The notes beneath the pieces are model-generated. The model ran no database searches, was not told the DNA's origin, and saw only the letters and a program-made list of their open reading frames with translations. DNA of 59,071 nucleotides, filler included, from Sphacelaria rigidula (Eukaryota), in NCBI GenBank assembly GCA_964200075.2. It is 6 parts of 6 records of this genome, joined end to end, with 100 filler letters (N's around TTAATTAATTAA, not from the genome) between each part and the next. Parts side by side here need not be neighbours in the genome. Positions count along the whole stretch, not along the records: positions 29,590 to 39,350 come from CAXNAA020007820.1; positions 39,451 to 49,211 come from CAXNAA020007821.1; 4 more parts are not named here. One strand, written 5' to 3'. Position 1 is the first letter of the stretch. Every line of letters starts with the position of its first letter. A program made the position numbers and the translations under genes. Positions 33,971-44,636 of this stretch are shown one piece after another.

Positions 33971-36277
33971 TTGTACCCTACTTCCGAGGGTGACAGTCCA
34001 GAAGACACCTTGAACGATGCCTACGACTGTCTCCTTGGCCCCGATGTCGAGAGTGAACGAAAAGAAGAATTAAGCTTGTTTTCCCGCCAAGATCGGGCGC
34101 GAGAACAATCAGACGAGCCCGTGTGCCGCGCAGCTATACTCTACCTATCCCAAAATTGCCCCGTTCCATTCTCCTCCGCGGATATCCTCAAACCCGTCGG
34201 ACGGCGCCGGGCACCCACGCAGGATGAAGTCATTGAGCTGGCCCACAAAGGCAAATTGCATATGGATGGTGATGGTACTGTACTTCTAGTCTGCAAACCC
34301 ACGCGGACATCTCAGCCAAAACGCCCTACCGGTAGATATGCTCGCTTACTCGGTCAAGAACCTCTTCGCATTTACGTGCGCATGCTCATGCGACCATGGG
34401 TCCTACACGAGTGTCATTCCAACGTTTCAACCCATCTGGGTACAACTCGGACGGCCCAGTTTATCGAGCGATTTTACTGGTGGGTAGGTATTGACCAATG
34501 TGTCCGTTGGTGGGTACGGCGTTGTTTGATATGTCAGGCACGCAAGACGTCTCGCCAGACCGTGCGTTGGCCAGTCCTGTCCATGCCGCTCCCCAATGGG
34601 CCCGGTGAAGTTATATCTTGAGACTATTTCGGATCGTTGCCCCTCACGGAGAGGGGTAACAAGTACATTTTGTTGATAACTGATCGCTTCAGTCGCCACG
34701 CCGTCATGCACGCCGTCTCCGAAACCAACTATTCCGCAGAGGGCACCGCCAATTTTCTGGTGTACAACTACATGCCACAATGGGGTGTTCCCAGGAAATT
34801 GTTGTCCGACAACGACCAACACTCTTCTGGCAAACTTTCTTCTGCGGTTAGTGCACTGCTGGGTTCCCATCGCATTTTTACAAGTCCGTACCACCCCCAC
34901 ACGAACGGTCGAACGGAACGTGTCAACCATGCGATGGCGCAAATGCTGTCAGCCGTCACCAATGAACGGCAAACGGATTGGGATCTGCACCTGCCCTTCG
35001 TACAGATGAACTACAACAACTCAGTCCACACCGCCACTGGCCTTCCACCAAATGAAATTCAAATTGGTCGCATACCGAGGCTGCCGTTGACCATTTTCGA
35101 GCGCCGCAACGTGGGCGGTCATCAGAGTTTGGACCGGGATATCAGGGAGTATCATGACCTTTTGAGTCATCGTCTGCGGTTGACGTATGATTTGGTGCGC
35201 GAGCAAAACCAAACCAATTTGGCAAAAGCGGTTAGTAACAATGCCACGTTGGATGCGGTGATGCATAAGCGCCCAGTGTGGAAGGTAGGTACATGGGCGT
35301 GGGTGCACAACGATGTACAGACGATTCGCCAAGGAGCCAGCACGGGTAAGGATTCGCCGGATAAGGTGTTGAAGGCAAAGCTGTCCCTCAATTGGACTGG
35401 GCCGTGGAAAATTTTGGGTGTTGGGCTAAGTGCTACAGCACCGGATGATCGACCCATTGGGAAAAACCTCGTGTACCTCGATTTCCCCACGGATGAAGTT
35501 GGGTCTCCGCAGAAAAACCGCGTGTCTGTCTGGCGCTGTAAACCCTGCACCGCCCCGCACGACACCACTGATATGCCCAAACAATTGCCGTTAGGACTCA
35601 GCCAGTACATCTTGACGAGGCATGACACCAAGTCACCGCCTTTTCATATCACGGCTGAAGACGTTCAAGCCCCTGTGGAACGCGTGGTAGTCGATCATAT
35701 CAGCGGACACCAACTGGTCCGCGGTCGTGGTGGTAAACTAGCAGTGATGTACCAGACACACTGGAAATGATTGATGCGGGTCACGTGGGAACGGGAAGTC
35801 GACTTGCGGCATTTCCGTAGACAAATTCTGTTGTACTGGGTAGGCGATGTTGCGCAACACCGTGCGTTGAACCGAAGATACAGGTCTATGCGGAAAGGAG
35901 CGGCGGCACGGGAGCTGGCCCGGGAGCATTCGGCCCGGTTCGTCATGGCTGGCTATAGCCTTGTTTCGCGTGCGCAATACGTGCTTTCTTTTCGCAGGAA
36001 ACGTCTACCGAAAGGCGCGTACTTCTGGTACAAGGCGCAGGACTCTCTCTGGTGGCTGGGCAAGATTCATTTACCAGCACCCGACTCCGACAACGCCTAC
36101 TACATCCGTTTCCTAGATGACCCCGCCCCCCTGAAGATTCTTTTGGACGACGCTTACTACACTGAAGCACCGTCCGCTCGCCGCGGGTCCTGGTGTCTCC
36201 AGCGTCATGACGACGGCAACATAGACGACGCCATCCTTCGGAATACCGACAACTCATGGAGAGAAGACGAGTCTTGA
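33971..36277 (+). pseudogene. pol: Gypsy integrase (HHCC, DDE, GPW) plus chromodomain plus extra C-terminal module; in-frame TGA at 34619 and 35768
   Basis: CH...HLG...CLICQ; DYFG, SDND, TNGRTER; WTGPW; VVDHISGH...YQTHWK*LMRVTWE. Confidence 0.92.
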
Positions 36278-36301
36278 TGCGTTCTGTCCTGTAACTTTTT
36301 G

Positions 36302-36401
36302 CTGTGTGTTTGTGTATGTGTGTGTATGCGCACACCCATGTGCGTGTATGCGTGTATGTGTATTTGGGTGTATATGGATATGTGTATGTGCATGTGTGTG
36401 T
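36302..36401 (+). repeat. Degenerate (TG)n/(TGTA)n microsatellite
   Basis: Direct reading. Confidence 0.9.
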
Positions 36402-36894
36402 ACCTGGGCCTGGTCGCGTTTCCATGTCAATCTGGAGCCGCCGCATGTTGGAGGTCGGGTTGAACTGGTTCTAGAACTGTGATGCCCTTTTTCGCACACA
36501 TTTGTGTCCCCAGACACGGTGATACAAGCGCGTTGGCTCGAGCGTACTTTTGTTCCGTTCCGTTTCGACAGTTGGCTCGACCCACTGTCATAGCCCGCCG
36601 TATGGTATTTGTGAGGACCCCTCATTGAGGTTTTACATCCACCAACCCACCTGAAATTGGTGACCTGGTGATATCTTGAGGACGTGTGTGTGTTCATCGC
36701 ATTGAGTTGTGCGTTGCAAATCTCTCGCAACTTCACTCTTCCGTCCTCGTTTGGCTCGACGTTTCTGGAGAACAGAGACTACGATTGTAGTCTTTCCCTC
36801 CACTGCCGTCCATTTTATGTTGAGATACTCCTTGCACTTGCTCCTTGCTAGCTGTGAGAGTCTCAACTACCTTTTTCTCTCGTTCAGTGTTTCG

Positions 36895-37405
36895 ATTTTT
36901 CTTGTTTTTGTTCCTGCGTCTCTCCGACCTCACGGAAGCCACAATAACAAGCGGTTCTAGTGGCCTGCCGGACCCGAGACACCCCGTCTCTTCTCTTCAA
37001 CCGAACATTTGCGAAAACGGATGATCGATACCTCAAGGGCTTCCTCAGTAAGTGTTCCTTTATATAACCGGCTGTGTGTTCGACATTTGTGCCAACGGAT
37101 GACCGAGACCCCAAGGACTTCCTCAGCAAATTGTCATGTGTTGGTGTCCATTATACGTTTTTTTTCTCTCGTTTATTTTGTTTTCTCGTTTTTTGTTCCT
37201 GCATCTCCACGACTTTCACTCCCTCGTGAATCGTTGGACCCGAGACACTCCGTCTCTTCTCTTCAACTGAACATTTGCGAAAACGGATGACCGATACCCC
37301 AAGGGCTTCCTCAGTAAGTGTTCCTTTATACAACCGGCTGTGTGTTCGACATTTGTGCCAATGGATGACCGAGACCCCAAGGGCTTCCTCAGCAAATTGT
37401 CCGTG
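36895..37405 (+). repeat. Tandem repeat (period about 266 bp) in Gypsy 3' UTR with internal subrepeats
   Basis: 36970-37135 closely matches 37237-37401; ACGGATGA...GG(G/A)CTTCCTCAG subunit occurs five times. Confidence 0.92.
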
Positions 37406-38130
37406 TTTTTGGATATGATTACGGTGGTTTTTGTTTGTCGGCGTGTGCGAAAACGGATGACTACTCTCCGCGGGCTTCCTCAGTACGCGCCGCGCGGCGA
37501 TTATCGCTGCACGATCCTGGAGCTTCAATCGGCCACTGCTGCCGCTTCGAGATCATCTACCGCGAGCTCTCTCGTTGGTCTTTCCCACCGGTATGAGTTT
37601 TGGGATGCACTATCTCAATGTTGAAAGTGATGTCTTCTTGATCGTTGTGCATTCGCGGCCCCCTTGAAACCGATGAACGTGGTCTCCTATCGCTAGTGTT
37701 GCGCTCCTCCTTGATGTTCGTTCGACTGAGGATAAAACACTTCCCGTTGCCTGAGGAATAGTCCGGCTTGAGTGGGCTTCCAGAGTGTTGGTCGTGAGAC
37801 CATCCGCCTAACGTGCAAATGTTATCGGCGGCGTGTAGTTTTTATTTTGTTTATGTTGATGAGTCGAATTTGACCGTCCGGGTGACTTGCTTGTCTTGTA
37901 GATTATGGTTGGCAGGCGAAGCGCCTTCCCTGTGTGTACCACAGCCTCGCTGATCGCACAACAACAGGCGCCCTGCGCCGGCGCTGGACCCCCGTCATTG
38001 CCATGCTACAGGAGTTCCCTTGCCCTTGATCCTTTCATCGTTTTTTTTTTGTGGTGTGGGAGATGGTGGTAAAACGTGAGCCTTCGAAGCTCTTCGAGCT
38101 TCTGCATGCTCACCTTTCAGCGTGGGCAAC

Positions 38131-38440
38131 TGTTATGGTATTTGAAGGAACTGGCGTCGATAAGGTACCGTGGCGCTGTGTACATCAGATGTCGGAGTAA
38201 ATGAACGTTGGATATGACTCTTGGTCGGCTGCCGTGGCTCGTCAGCTTGTTGGAAGATACAGATACACAATGTGTCCTGGATAGTCGATGGGAGATACAG
38301 TATAGCTGATGTCTACACATCGAATATCCATGTGCACAACGAAAAGTGTTCCAGGAACGTTCGTTGGATGGAGGATCTCTGCTCTTTGGTTATTGTATTA
38401 TGATTTGATGTGGATATAATTCCTGCGTAAGGTGGTTACA
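38131..38440 (+). repeat. Candidate 3' LTR
   Basis: TG...CA ends with short inverted termini; no 5' LTR available for confirmation. Confidence 0.45.
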
Positions 38441-38469
38441 CCATCGCCCGAGCGCATCTGAGCTCACTT

Positions 38470-38960
38470 CATTTTGGGCCCAGGATAACATCAGCCTTGC
38501 CGCCGTTGCTCTGAGTTCCAAGTGAGTCCTCACTGGAGAGTTGTGGTCTTGGGGAAACTAGTGGCTCCGGTTCGTATTGTGAGTTAGAAAGAGATAATCT
38601 ATTTTGTTTGTATGGACACCTGGATTCGCTTACTGCTGCTGCCACAGTATTGGGTCTGTATTGGTTTACTGCATTCTGCTGAGCGCTTTGCAACCTCGCT
38701 CTCACAGCTTGAGCCCCTGTTCGTGAGAACATCAGGGCAAAGGTGGACTGAGGCCGCCTTCTCCAAGGTGTTTAGCCATAAGTTCATAATATATGGGGCT
38801 TCAGCTGGGATTCAATTTGGGCCCAGGACATCATCAGCGTTGGTCTGCCGTTGCTCTGAGTTCCAAGTGAGTCCTTACCAGTAAGCTATATAGTCTTGGG
38901 GAACTAACAGCTTTGGTTCGTATTGTAAATTAAGTTCATAATATATGGGGTTTCAGCTTG
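38470..38960 (+). repeat. Diverged direct repeats
   Basis: TTTGGGCCCAGGA...GCCGTTGCTCTGAGTTCCAAGTGAGTCCT at ~38473 and ~38816; TAAGTTCATAATATATGGGG occurs twice. Confidence 0.8.
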
Positions 38961-39350
38961 TAGCGATCAGGCTCTTGTTGTGTGCTGCCTACTGCGTTGC
39001 AAGGTGTTCTTGTCTGCTCCCCTCAAGGTGTCTCCCGCATTTCATTTTTCCGTAGAACGGCCTGCTTTCACCAGCCGGGCTCATTTGTTTTTTTTCTTCG
39101 TGCCGCTTCTGTACGCTGGGTAGGCCTCGGTTGCCGACTGCAGCAACCACGCCCGCATCTGTAGCGCGCGTCCTGTGTGCTCTACCTTGAGTGTATTCAG
39201 CCGTTTGCGCCGCCCTGCCCAGGCCGTCGCTGTTATTGTACTGCATATCGTACCACAACGGTGTACGCACCAGTGTTTGTCTACCCTTTGCAGCATTGTT
39301 CCGAGTACGATCATGGCACCTGAGGCAGTACAGCTGCTTGCCCAACCGCC

Positions 39351-39450
39351 NNNNNNNNNNNNNNNNNNNNNNNNNNNNNNNNNNNNNNNNNNNNTTAATT
39401 AATTAANNNNNNNNNNNNNNNNNNNNNNNNNNNNNNNNNNNNNNNNNNNN
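39351..39450. other. Artificial contig spacer
   Basis: N + TTAATTAATTAA + N. Confidence 0.98.
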
Positions 39451-39519
39451 CCGTCGCCCAGAATGAGGTTTTCGGGAATTTGGGGCGCTGAATAGCGTAT
39501 TCCAGTCTGCAAGGCCCCT

Positions 39520-39920
39520 TGAGGTCCCGCACAAAGTTTGAATTCACCAAAACCAAACGTGGGTGGGTAAACGGCCTGCAAAATACTGTTCCGATTTTCC
39601 ACCGCCCAGTGTTTGAAAGGCGAATTCGCAATTTTTTACTTAGAGTTGGACCCTGAAATTTGGTATGGACAGTCAATGGGGCATGAAAAAAAATATGCCT
39701 GGTCCCAAAGATTTTTTTTCATGAGCTAAGGGCAATAATCGGTTTTCAGGTTTTGTTAAATGCCGTTAAATCACCGAAAAAAAAAAGTCTGGGACCGTAT
39801 ATAATTTTTTTTCAATGCTCTGTTGATTGCCCATACAAATTTTCAGAGTCCAACTCTAAGTAAAAATTGTGAATTCGCTTGCAAACTATGAATCCACTTC
39901 TAGGCTGGCCCAGCTCATAG
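39520..39920. mobile_element. Foldback repeat (palindromic core 39612-39885)
   Basis: TTGGACCCTGAAATTTGGTATGGACA arm and its complement; inverted relative of 43475-43885. Confidence 0.75.
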
Positions 39921-40174
39921 GAAATTTTCCCCCCAAAGTGTCCTGGCTCTTTCTGATGGACAAAACAAGCTAGCCAGTCAGAATGAAAACATCCGCCCGG
40001 TCGGTTCCAAGAGAACCCCAGAAGGCCTTTTGCGCACGCTACACACTCTGCCGCAGGTGCAGTGCTCATGGTCGTACTGATTATTCATTTTGCAAGTCAA
40101 GATCATTCGATACAGATGATCCACTTTTGGGGTGACTATATACAAACCCGAATTGAAACAGAGTACAATAGCAA

Positions 40175-40676
40175 CGGTAGTACAATGCAGTACAAAAGCT
40201 GTGTGGTACTGTCCAGTGTTGTCTCATCTCTCCCCACGCTGCTTTCCTTCCCTTCTTCTATGGGCACCACCAATGATCAAATTACACGAAACCTCTGAAA
40301 AGCGTTGAACCTGTGAGCCTCCACGGTGGGCCATCTGTGTCTCGCGTTCATATTTCAAGTCAAAATTATGCCTATGCACAGCAGATGACTCGCCCTGAAA
40401 GTTGTTGTATATATATAGATATAGATATAGATGGACAAAGCCGAACAAGGCACAGTACGATGCAGTAGGGTACAGTTCAGTAGAGTGTTGTTTTCTCTCC
40501 CGCCCCTCCTACGTTCCTTCCCATTGCTCCCATGATCTGTGAGTATCACCATAGACCAGATTACGAAAAACCTTCGGAGAGCGTGAACTCGTCCTGCCCC
40601 TAGCTCTGAAAGTGAACCTTCGGCCTCAACGGTGGAAAATCTGGATCTTGCATTCACCTTCCAAGTCAAAATTATC
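40175..40676 (+). repeat. Two diverged tandem copies (~280-300 bp)
   Basis: AGTAC(A/G)ATGCAGTA...ACGGTGG...CAAGTCAAAATTAT occurs twice. Confidence 0.65.
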
Positions 40677-42355
40677 AGGGATCTACAAGTTACACGTGCC
40701 ATAGCGTAACACGTTACGTTCACTTTACGTTTTGGCCGAAACGTGACGTGAACGTTAATTTTTTCTTTGCGTGATGGACGTAACACTAAACTTTCAAATG
40801 AAACGTTAACGTAACGTTAAAAAAATTCAATGGGCCAAACGAAACGTAATGTGAATGTTAATCCTTTTGGAACCCTCCTCTCCCGTCCCTTGACCAGACG
40901 CCTCATAATTTCAGGTTCTGACAAAGAAGGAAAGATGGAAACAGAAAAGACCGACGGCAACCGTTTTTACTGTGAAAGACCAAAGAAGACTCCAGAAGCA
41001 TAAGTCATGGATGTACCGAAAATGAAACCCCCGAGCGGTCGGGTTGGGTTTGTCCGATGACATCACGCCACGGGCGGAGTGTGTCCAGCTGTATGGGTCG
41101 ACAAAACTCTCGCGAAACAGTACAAATTTCCATATATGTGATCTCCGTCAGTGATCAGTGGGAAATACAGTAGTGAGCGGTCCAACTATTCATTTTGTGG
41201 CATCTTGTGATTTTTTCGTAATTGGCGGTTTCCTCGGGCTCTTTTCGCTTGCCACCGCTCATCACATCGGGGATCTGAAGATATTTGTATCCGCTCCACA
41301 TCCCAAGAAAAAAAATCGTCTGCACTCAATATTGAGTGACTTACGGCCTGACCGGTCATCGGGGGTCCTGCCACGTTTCAGCCCAGATTCTTACTCCTCA
41401 CGCAGCACAAAGTACGGCTATACACCGTTCAGGCAAAGTCAACCCACAGTACAGAGATGGTGTCGTGGAAACGTACAGCACAAAGCGCAGGGTGATACAC
41501 GCCGCAAGATCACAGCCTACGAAGTGACAGCTTGTATCGGATATGCCAAAGTAACGCCCCCCCCCTACGCTGCCGTCGCGAAAGGGATGCGTGGTCAATG
41601 GTCAAATGACTAAGGCAAGCAACAAATGAGTATGCCCCCTACGCTGCACCAGGAGTATGTATAACGGCGGGGTACATGGCATCCTCGTCGCCGTTATGGA
41701 ATGATCAAACCGCAGTGTGGTGCCGTATAAACGCGCACGACGGAGTATAGTAACGTGCATGACGTGAGTCTACACTTGAAATAAGCTGAAAACATCATCA
41801 CACGCTGTACAGAGGAGTAGGTGAAAAGATCCGCACAGGGTCTGACGGTGACTGTCTCTGGATACGGACAGTAGACGGGGGCATAGCTGAGGTAAATGTG
41901 GCCTCGGCGTCGCCTTTGTTATTGCAACTCAGGCGCAGGCTTGCTATGATGCGGCACAAAGCATCTACTGCAGGTGCGGCTTGAAGATTGATTCACGAAA
42001 GGCCAGCCATACTCTGGCCGGGGTTAGAGGACAGACGGGTCGAACAATTCGTCATACCCGTAAAATGAAGAACCTTCTTTTCTTCCACGTTCCATTTGCA
42101 CAGGTCTAAAAAACACGCTTTGGGTGAATCGTTTGGTCAAAGACTGCGGAAAAGCGACCATTTCTTGCCCGAGTAAACGTCAGATGTAAATTGTCAATTT
42201 TCCATCAACGGTTCCAAAAGGGTTAAATTTAAATTGCCCAAACGTTCAAAACACGTGATATGAAACGTTTCGTGTAACGTTACACGTGGATTAGACGTTA
42301 CACGTTACATGAAACGCCATAAACACGTTACATGAACCGGTGCACACTTGAAGTT
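40676..42355. mobile_element. Probable non-autonomous DNA transposon with ACGTTA/TAACGT subterminal motif arrays
   Basis: Motif clusters at 40690-40862 and 42240-42335; CAGGG left end; right TIR degenerate. Confidence 0.5.
41555..41640 (-). repeat. Interspersed repeat (other copies 49400-49480 and 58628-58700)
   Basis: TACTCATTTGTTGCTT...TTTGACCA(T/C)TGACCACG(C/G)ATCCCTTTCG shared by three loci. Confidence 0.85.
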
Positions 42356-42444
42356 TGCAATTAATTTTTAAATCCTAGAAGACCACGAAAAAAGTAACTA
42401 TCATACTATACAACGGTACGATTACAGGCCGTGCATTTTGCTCA

Positions 42445-42800
42445 CAGTACGAGATTACAAGCACAGGCTGTACTCACCAAACAGCACAAGTGCAGGCTCT
42501 ACTTGTAACCTTGTACTACTGTATTTCCGACTACAGCCTGTACTCTGCAAGCACAAAAGTGCAAGGTTGCAAGTGTAGGCTGTACTCTGCGAGCACAGTA
42601 GTGCAAGGTTACAAGTACAGGCTGTACTCGCAAACACAGCTGTACTTGCGAACACAGTATTGCAGTGCAAGGTTGAGGTTACGAGTACAGACTATTCTGT
42701 ATTTGCGAACACGGTACAAGGTGGTTGCTGTACTATGCAAATACAAGAGACGGGAGTAGTACAAGGATACAGACACCCTGTACACTGCACGTACAGTACA
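42445..42800 (+). repeat. Degenerate minisatellite (~42-bp unit, some units inverted)
   Basis: GCAAGGTT(A/G)CAAGT..AGGCTGTACTC repeated. Confidence 0.75.
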
Positions 42801-43474
42801 GTATCTTAGTACGAGCTAGTCAATCATTCGTTCGCGACAACGGGAGACAGGCTAGCATTTGGCAGCAGTGATGTCGGCAATGTCGTTAGTTCTACACCGT
42901 CTTGACTGTAAGGTTCAAGGCTACATGCAGATGCACGTACACGTTAGTGCATGCAGATGCAGAAGACATACCTTCTGCCTGAACTACGGTACACATGCAG
43001 GCTCTACTTTGTTTGCAGACACCCGTAACCGTCTCAGATTAAAAAAAAGTGGGCTCCCGAATTCAAAAACGACACAAGATTGGTCATAAAATAACCTGTG
43101 GGTGGAGTTTTATTTCCCCCCGCATGGGGGAATATAACTTTCCCGCTAGATGAATGCATTGATTGCCTGGACCGCGGTGTAAACCTGTCGTAAATACATG
43201 CATGCATACATACGTCCACCTTCCTTTGACGGCCGTGATTAATTATCTTATTTGTCCATCTATACATGTATACATATATAGAGCCAAGGGTGCCCGATAT
43301 AGTTTTGTCTGCGAAATGCCGGGACGACTCAAGCCGGCGTTCAATCATGTTCACGATCTGTTGTGTGTACAGTATGTACTGTCGTGCGAATGACCAAGCA
43401 TTTGAGAATTGAAAACAGAGTGATGTAAAAAAAAAGGAGATATCAAATAAATACGGTCCACAAACGAATGAACG

Positions 43475-43885
43475 ATACAAGCTGGGCCAGCCGAGAGGCG
43501 AATTTGTAGTTTGCAGACCCATTCACCGGCCAATATTCAGAATTGGACCCTGAAATTTGGTATGGACAATGAATAGGGCATGATAAAAACAAATACCGGT
43601 GCACACAAGTTTTTTTTTCATCTATGGGTCAAGGGCATTATACTGATACCTGGTATAATGACTATTGCCGTAAACTCATGAAAAAAAAAAAAGTTGTGTG
43701 CACTGGCATTTTTTTTATTATGCCATATTCATTGTCCATACCAAATTTCAGGGTCCAACTCTGAATATTGGCCGATAAACGGGACGGTAAGTGACGGGAT
43801 CAGAAGAATTTCAGAATAGAATTTTGCAGGCCTACCGGCCCACGTTTGGTGTTTGTGTACGAGTATTAAAACTTTGTGTGGGCCG
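43475..43885. mobile_element. Foldback repeat (palindromic core 43527-43774)
   Basis: CGGCCAATATTCAGA(A/G)TTGGACCCTGAAATTTGGTATGGACAATGAATA and its reverse complement. Confidence 0.85.
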
Positions 43886-44424
43886 TGCCTAGGGCATAAT
43901 TGACGAAACGAAGTGGGTCAGGTTGATTTTTTTTCATTTTTCACTGGGTTAGGGCGTTTTATTATGGAAACGACCATTTTTTTAACGAGAACGCCCGAAT
44001 CGCATCCCTGACTGTTATCCCCGTGAACGGAGACCGATTTTGGTCACTATATTTCGGGCAAATGGACACCAATCAAGTACAGTTAGGCTTTTGTTTCCTA
44101 TGCGCGCATATCATCCGGTATGAAACGGGGTTTTGCGCACAACCTACGCGTTGTTTTTTTTTACAATTGCTTTTCGAGATTTCAGCATTAAAAGTACATA
44201 AAAGCTGAGTTTTACGCTTGGCTTGGCGCATGGAGTACTCCAACGCGATTATGCACCCCCTGCTCAGCATCTAGTAGCTGCCCACAGGTGCTTCATGTGG
44301 CGTGGCTCGTGGTGTGGTGGCGTTTGTGTTGGTAGTTTTTTTTTTATTTAACTTTGTTGCGGGTCTGATATTGGTTATTGTACTGTATGTAAACTACTTT
44401 GTGTTAGATTCGAAAAAAATCGAC

Positions 44425-44636
44425 GTAAGGGTCGAGGAGGGGAAAGGACTGCTGAACCCCTCTCGCGATGAAAAATAAAGGCAAGCACCGCAGAAGGAAG
44501 GTGGAGTACCAACATAGATGAAGAAGGAAATTCTCCTGTGTCGACATTCCTCCTGTGTGACCCCGGCTGGTGCGCCCACGTATACCGAAAGGTGTAGACT
44601 GGTGTCCAGAATAGATGGAATGACAACACAAACAAT
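44425..44636 (+). mobile_element. 5'-truncated SINE (same family as 55324-55683)
   Basis: CCTCCTGTGTGACCCCGGCTGGTGCGCCCAC...CCAGAATAGATGG plus ACAAC tail. Confidence 0.85.

Larger units (their letters stand above)
29590..38440 (+). mobile_element. Large Ty3/Gypsy retrotransposon (5' end beyond contig) with long repeat-rich 3' UTR
   Basis: PR-RT-RH-IN-chromo order; candidate 3' LTR TGTTA...TTACA at 38131-38440. Confidence 0.9.

Noticed and set aside
36970..37490. Repeat-spacer-like pattern resembling CRISPR
   Set aside because: The intervening sequences are themselves duplicated; this is a tandem repeat in a retrotransposon UTR.
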